Shown here piece by piece: positions 59,556-64,000 of a stretch of 64,000 nucleotides of DNA. A program made the position numbers and the translations under genes. The stretch lies in IMG/VR virus record IMGVR_UViG_3300002834_000024, positions 128,001-192,000 of that record. The stretch is one strand, 5' to 3'. Position 1 is the first letter of the stretch, and the number at the start of each line of letters is the position of its first letter. The stretch comes from a virus. Its lineage: Duplodnaviria; Heunggongvirae; Uroviricota; Caudoviricetes. The notes below the pieces were generated by a model. It was not told the origin of the DNA and made no database searches. It saw nothing but the letters and a program-made list of their open reading frames with translations.

Positions 59556-59891
59556 ATGTTAGGTTATGTTTATTTAGTGGTTGAATGGGATAAAATTGAA
59601 AAAGACAATAACCCAGTAAAGATTGGGGTTACAACTGGTTCCATTGAAAAGAGAATTAAAAAATTACAAACAGGTAATTCATCAGAATTATATGTTTTGA
59701 AATATTTTAAAAGTATTAAACCATTTACTCTTGAAAAAATGCTACACTTACACTATTTTAAATATAAAGGTATTGGCGAATGGTTTAATTTAACTGATGA
59801 AGAAGTAATGAAATTTGAAAATATCTGTAAAGAAAAAGAAGAAATAATAAAAATACTAAAAGAGAATGAGTATTATGACACAAGATTTTAA
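59556..59891 (+). CDS. GIY-YIG family protein (T5orf172/MUG113-like)
   Basis: GYVYLV...VKIGVT...KRIKKLQTGN...LEKMLH...GEWF. Confidence 0.85.
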   Translation: MLGYVYLVVEWDKIEKDNNPVKIGVTTGSIEKRIKKLQTGNSSELYVLKYFKSIKPFTLEKMLHLHYFKYKGIGEWFNLTDEEVMKFENICKEKEEIIKILKENEYYDTRF

Positions 59892-60666
59892 AATTTATTT
59901 AGGATTAGATATATCAACTACAACAATTGGGATTGCTGTTATAAAACATGTAGATGGTAATCCAAATACAGAATGTGAAATAGTTTTATTAGAAGGATTG
60001 GTTCTTAAAAGCAAAGAATTAAACAAAATTAAAGGAATTGAATCATTGTTTCTAAAGAACAAAATGTTTCGTGAAAAATTACTTCATATTAAAGCAATCA
60101 TTTATCAAACATATCAAAAAGAAATTGATAAAGTAATAATTGAAGAACCTCTATATGGTTCAAACAATATATTAACAGTTGGTATTTTGATGAAATTTAA
60201 TGGAATTATAAGTAATACAGTTTATGAAGAAACTGGTTTGGTTCCAGAATACATATCTTCTTATGACAGTCGAAGTTTTGCATTTCCACAATTACTTGAA
60301 GTTCATGTTTTCAATAAGAAAAATGAAAGACGTGATATAAAAGAAGTAAGAAAAGCACTTAAAAACAATAATCTTGTTTTATTTGGTGGTTATCCATTTC
60401 AAATTGATAAGAAAACTGTTATACACGAATTAATATCAGAGAAATTTCCAAACATAGAATGGTTGTATAACAAAAAGGGTGATTTGGATAAATCCTCTTT
60501 TGATAGTACTGATGCTTTAGCTTGTTTACTTGGTTATATAAACAAAACGCAACATAATGAAACAAAACCTATAATAGTTGATGTGGTTGATACAGGAAAA
60601 GAGATTAAGTACACAACAGCTTTTACTGATAATGACGAAAAATTTATCCACAAGATAACTTTTTAA
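59866..60666 (+). CDS. RuvC-like Holliday junction resolvase
   Basis: LGLDISTTTIGIAV, VIIEEP, DKK and DSTDALAC acidic motifs; start may be ATG 59875. Confidence 0.8.
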   Translation: MSIMTQDFKIYLGLDISTTTIGIAVIKHVDGNPNTECEIVLLEGLVLKSKELNKIKGIESLFLKNKMFREKLLHIKAIIYQTYQKEIDKVIIEEPLYGSNNILTVGILMKFNGIISNTVYEETGLVPEYISSYDSRSFAFPQLLEVHVFNKKNERRDIKEVRKALKNNNLVLFGGYPFQIDKKTVIHELISEKFPNIEWLYNKKGDLDKSSFDSTDALACLLGYINKTQHNETKPIIVDVVDTGKEIKYTTAFTDNDEKFIHKITF

Positions 60667-60692
60667 TGTACATGATTTTATTTTTTTTTTTG

Positions 60693-60734
60693 ATGAAATG
60701 TCCGAAATTAAACATATTTTTCGGACATTTTCAT
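60693..60734. terminator. Inverted repeat, probable terminator
   Basis: ATGAAATGTCCGAAA / TTTCGGACATTTTCAT with flanking T runs. Confidence 0.7.
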
Positions 60735-60773
60735 TTTTAACATCCAGTTTTATAGTTTTCTAAATTTTTTTTA

Positions 60774-60781
60774 TATCTTTG
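60774..60781 (+). promoter_or_regulatory. Bacteroidota -7 promoter element
   Basis: TATCTTTG is an exact TAnnTTTG match upstream of the MTase-primase block; no clear TTTG -33 element. Confidence 0.5.
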
Positions 60782-60809
60782 TATTTTGAAATTAAATAAT
60801 ATAAGATAT

Positions 60810-61439
60810 ATGAATAAAGATTGGTCTGGAGATACAAATAGTGTTTATAAAATATTAGGTGCTTCTAATCATACTGATAAAGAACGGCAAAATGAAGATT
60901 TTTATGCTACTGAACCAAAAGCATCTGAATTACTTTTAGAAATTGAAGATTTTTCTCAAATTAAAACTATTTGGGATAACAGTTGCGGATCTGGGCATTT
61001 AATGGAAGCATTTGAAAAGAACGGTTTTAATGTTATAGCAACTGATTTGATTGATAGGGGATATGGTCAAGGTAATATTGATTTTCTTAAATTAACACAT
61101 GAAGATGTTAAAAATTGGAATTTTGATGCTATTGTTATGAATCCCCCATATAAGTTTGCTAAAGAATTTGTTGAACATTCAATAAAATTATTACCCGAAC
61201 ATGGAAAGTTATTTGCATTTTTAAAATTAACATTTCTTGAAGGTAAATCACGTAAAAAACTGTTTGAAAAATATCCGCCAAAAAGAATATGGGTTTCTTC
61301 AAGCAGATTGTTATGTGCAAAAAATGCACAATTTCATGATGAGGGGAGTGCTGTTTGTTATTGTTGGATGGTATTTCATTCAAAATCATATTATAGTAGA
61401 ACATCACAATTTAGAACTGAACTTTCTTGGTTTAATTAA
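60810..61439 (+). CDS. Orphan DNA amino-methyltransferase (likely N6-adenine)
   Basis: DFYATEP, WDNSCGSGH (SAM binding), DLIDRG, MNPPY. Confidence 0.85.
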   Translation: MNKDWSGDTNSVYKILGASNHTDKERQNEDFYATEPKASELLLEIEDFSQIKTIWDNSCGSGHLMEAFEKNGFNVIATDLIDRGYGQGNIDFLKLTHEDVKNWNFDAIVMNPPYKFAKEFVEHSIKLLPEHGKLFAFLKLTFLEGKSRKKLFEKYPPKRIWVSSSRLLCAKNAQFHDEGSAVCYCWMVFHSKSYYSRTSQFRTELSWFN

Positions 61440-62404
61440 TGTACGATAAATTATTACATATTTTTGAGGCATTTTTAGGAAATAGTCCAAGGGGTGTATC
61501 TGATCATGGTCAAGTTCAATTCAATTGTCCGTTTTGTGATTCAGGTAAGCCAAATATGGAATGTAATTTCCAAAAAGGTGTTTATAAATCTTGGTGTTGC
61601 CCAGATGAGAGTGGAAAACTATCTAAACTCATAAGAAAATTTGGTAATGAAACATTATTTCAAGAATATGTTAATGAGATTAAGTATATTAGAGAAAGTA
61701 GATTATATCAAATTTTAAATAAAGACAGTTTTCTAGATGAAGATTTTGGTGAAAACTTTTTAACATTACCAAATTGTTGTTCCAAATTAAAATTAAATAA
61801 TTTTAAACATAAATCAGCATTTGATTATTGTAAATCTCGTGGAATAACTGAAAATATAATAAACAAATACAATATTCATTGTACAGATTCTTATTGTAAT
61901 GATTGGAAATACAAAAACCGAATTATTATACCTTCTTATGATAGGTGGAATAATTTGAATTATTGGGTTGGACGAATTTATAAAAAGAATTTATATCAAA
62001 CAAAATATCTAAACCCAACAGACATAAGTAAGAAAAATATTATATTTAATGAAAACTTAATTCAATGGGATGGCGATGTTAGATTGTTAGAAGGTCCATT
62101 CGATCATATTGTAGTGCCAAATTCAACACCAACACTTGGAAAAGTATTAGACACAACATTTTATTTGTATGAGATGTTGATGAAAAAGGCTGTGTCAGTA
62201 ACACTTGTTCCTGATATGGATGCGTTTGATGATTGGTTACAGATTGGTTATATTCTCAACAATGGAAGATTAAAAGGTAAAATAAAAATCTGTATAGGAA
62301 ACATATACAATAAAGATTTGGAAATTACTGATCCATCAAGTGTTTTTGAAAAATTAAATTATAAAGGTATATTTCAACTATTAAATGATACAATAACGTT
62401 ATGA
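61439..62404 (+). CDS. dnaG: DNA primase (DnaG-type)
   Basis: CPFC...WCC Zn finger, YCKSRGI, RIIIP, GR, KYLNP, TOPRIM LLEGPFD and DMD. Confidence 0.88.
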   Translation: MYDKLLHIFEAFLGNSPRGVSDHGQVQFNCPFCDSGKPNMECNFQKGVYKSWCCPDESGKLSKLIRKFGNETLFQEYVNEIKYIRESRLYQILNKDSFLDEDFGENFLTLPNCCSKLKLNNFKHKSAFDYCKSRGITENIINKYNIHCTDSYCNDWKYKNRIIIPSYDRWNNLNYWVGRIYKKNLYQTKYLNPTDISKKNIIFNENLIQWDGDVRLLEGPFDHIVVPNSTPTLGKVLDTTFYLYEMLMKKAVSVTLVPDMDAFDDWLQIGYILNNGRLKGKIKICIGNIYNKDLEITDPSSVFEKLNYKGIFQLLNDTITL

Positions 62405-62844
62405 CAGCAATAAAGCAAGTTAAAGAAGCGTTCAAAGTGATGAAAGAAAGAAATTGGGAAAAGGTTTATTTTTTGTTTGATATTCATGGAACAATAATAA
62501 AACCATCTTATAAAAATCTTTCTGATAATAAGGAAATAGAATTTTATCCATATGCACAAGAAGCATTGGAATTAATTACAAATGATCGTGAAATTGTTAA
62601 TATTTTATGGTCATGTTCACATGATGATGAACTTGATATATACAATCAATTTTTTCACAAACTTAACATAAATTTTAAATACATTAATCATAATCCTGAA
62701 GTCAATAATACCAAATTATCATGTTTTGATAGTAAAATGTATTATTCCGCAGGATTTGACGACAAATTTGGGTTTGATCCATTGACAGATTGGGAAGATA
62801 TGTATAATTACTTTTTTAACAGACAAATTGGTAAAAATTTATGA
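62401..62844 (+). CDS. HAD-superfamily hydrolase-like protein
   Basis: FDIHGTI, ILWSCS, NHNPE, K..Y...FDDKFGF motifs. Confidence 0.7.
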   Translation: MTAIKQVKEAFKVMKERNWEKVYFLFDIHGTIIKPSYKNLSDNKEIEFYPYAQEALELITNDREIVNILWSCSHDDELDIYNQFFHKLNINFKYINHNPEVNNTKLSCFDSKMYYSAGFDDKFGFDPLTDWEDMYNYFFNRQIGKNL

Positions 62845-63071
62845 AAAAACTATTTGGTATATTATTAGTATTAGTGTTATTTTCATCATGTGATAGAAAC
62901 TATCAAGAAAAAGAAAAAAAAATAATTTATTCAGGTCATAGATGGGATATAATTAAAATGAACGATTCAATTTATGTTGCATTACCTGGTTTAAATGGTG
63001 ATAAAAAATCAATACCAGTAATTTTTAATATAAACAAGATAGAAGATAATGCAAATATCATTATACAATAA
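62841..63071 (+). CDS. Small lipoprotein
   Basis: MKKLFGILLVLVLFSSC signal peptide II with lipobox Cys. Confidence 0.75.
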   Translation: MKKLFGILLVLVLFSSCDRNYQEKEKKIIYSGHRWDIIKMNDSIYVALPGLNGDKKSIPVIFNINKIEDNANIIIQ

Positions 63072-64000
63072 AGATTGTTTAGAACAAATGGATTTACTGA
63101 TACATGATGGTGTTATCGTAGATTCAATATTGGTAGATTTACCTTATGGTTCTACATCACAAGTATGGGATGTTATTATTCCGTTTGATGATATGTGGAA
63201 AAGGATTAGACAAATATTAAAACCGAAAGGTGTTGTTTGTATATTTGGTTCAGAACCATTTGCATCATTATTAAGGTATAGTAATCTTGAATGGTTTAAA
63301 TATGATTGGATATGGGAAAAAAATAATGCTGGAAACTTTCAGTTAGTCAATTATCAACCATTAAAAATACATGAAATAATATGTGTGTTTTATAATGATA
63401 CCCCAAATATGGAATTTGCTGATATAATGAAATATCATATGGAAAGATTAAATCTTAAACAAATTGATATTTCACGATTGGAGTTATCACGAAATGGTGG
63501 ATTAACTGGATGGGTAACAAATAAACTTAATGGCTCCCAACTTCCAACAGAACAACAATGGAAAAAAATTTGTAATTTATTCCAAATTGAAAATGAATAC
63601 CATAAAATATTATCTAATGTTAAATCTGTTACATACAATTTAAAATTAGATAATACTCATTTAAGATTATCTAACAAAAATAAAGGGGGTACTCTTGGTC
63701 ATATGTCAAGTGAAAGTAAAAGAGATACCTATATACAAAACAAAACAGGTTATCCAAAGTCAATCCTTAAATTTGATAGGGAAGTTAAATTTCATCCAAC
63801 TCAAAAACCATTAAAATTAATGGAATTTTTAGTTAAAACTTATACAAATGAAAATGATACTGTATTGGATTTTTGTATGGGTTCTGGAACAACAGGTATT
63901 GCTTGTAAAAAACTAAACAGAAATTTTATTGGAATTGAAAATAATTTCAATTATTTTAGAATAGCTGAAAATAGGATTACAGAATATTCGGTATCTGATC
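63049..64000 (+). CDS. Beta-class N4/N6 DNA methyltransferase with inserted HTH; 3'-truncated by the window edge
   Basis: Not in the ORF track; translated by hand from ATG 63049 with no stop: VDLPYG, WIWEK, HE, HPTQKP, LDFCMGSGTTG, RNFIGIE. Confidence 0.9.
   Translation, partial: MQISLYNKDCLEQMDLLIHDGVIVDSILVDLPYGSTSQVWDVIIPFDDMWKRIRQILKPKGVVCIFGSEPFASLLRYSNLEWFKYDWIWEKNNAGNFQLVNYQPLKIHEIICVFYNDTPNMEFADIMKYHMERLNLKQIDISRLELSRNGGLTGWVTNKLNGSQLPTEQQWKKICNLFQIENEYHKILSNVKSVTYNLKLDNTHLRLSNKNKGGTLGHMSSESKRDTYIQNKTGYPKSILKFDREVKFHPTQKPLKLMEFLVKTYTNENDTVLDFCMGSGTTGIACKKLNRNFIGIENNFNYFRIAENRITEYSVSD

Noticed and set aside
59556-61439. Restriction-modification system formed by the GIY-YIG or RuvC-like gene and the adjacent MTase
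   Set aside because: A hairpin and a separate promoter element separate them, and the nucleases look like the usual phage resolvase and T5orf172-type proteins.
1-64000. Stop-codon reassignment
   Set aside because: The standard code gives full-length genes up to 3073 aa, and TAG and TGA both terminate plausible genes (e.g. 21968, 24584).
1-64000. tRNA or rRNA genes
   Set aside because: No cloverleaf with a canonical T-loop was seen in the intergenic gaps; tRNAscan-SE or ARAGORN would be needed to exclude them formally.

Overview
This 64 kb window is an AT-rich segment of a large (probably jumbo) tailed phage with a contractile-tail, T4-like baseplate. It reads as long ORFs in the standard genetic code. 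A Bacteroidota host is inferred from TTTG-N20-TAnn(T/A)TT(G/A) promoters, A-rich leaders without Shine-Dalgarno motifs and a short lipoprotein signal. Contents: (1) a leftward nucleotide-metabolism block (thyA, glycosyltransferase-like, degenerate HD-domain, dUTPase, GMP reductase/IMPDH, adenine MTase); (2) baseplate hub genes (tube-initiator-like protein with an inserted OmpA-like domain, gp53/LysM-like, hub with M15 peptidase); (3) putative head proteins with (L/I)xE motifs, including an ART-PolyVal-like ADP-ribosyltransferase; (4) thymidine kinase, UvsX/RecA, 5'-3' exonuclease and a candidate ~370-nt structured ncRNA; (5) a 31 kb baseplate/appendage block of large Cys-rich proteins interrupted by a homing endonuclease; (6) GIY-YIG, RuvC-like resolvase, primase and two more MTases. 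The most striking observation is in the 3073-aa wedge/fibre protein: its ~50 repeats are not a simple tandem array but parse as balanced brackets (8 opened units, 8 closing strands, mirrored Cys), suggesting an out-and-back, recursively branched appendage. All product calls come from motif reading only; no database searches were run.
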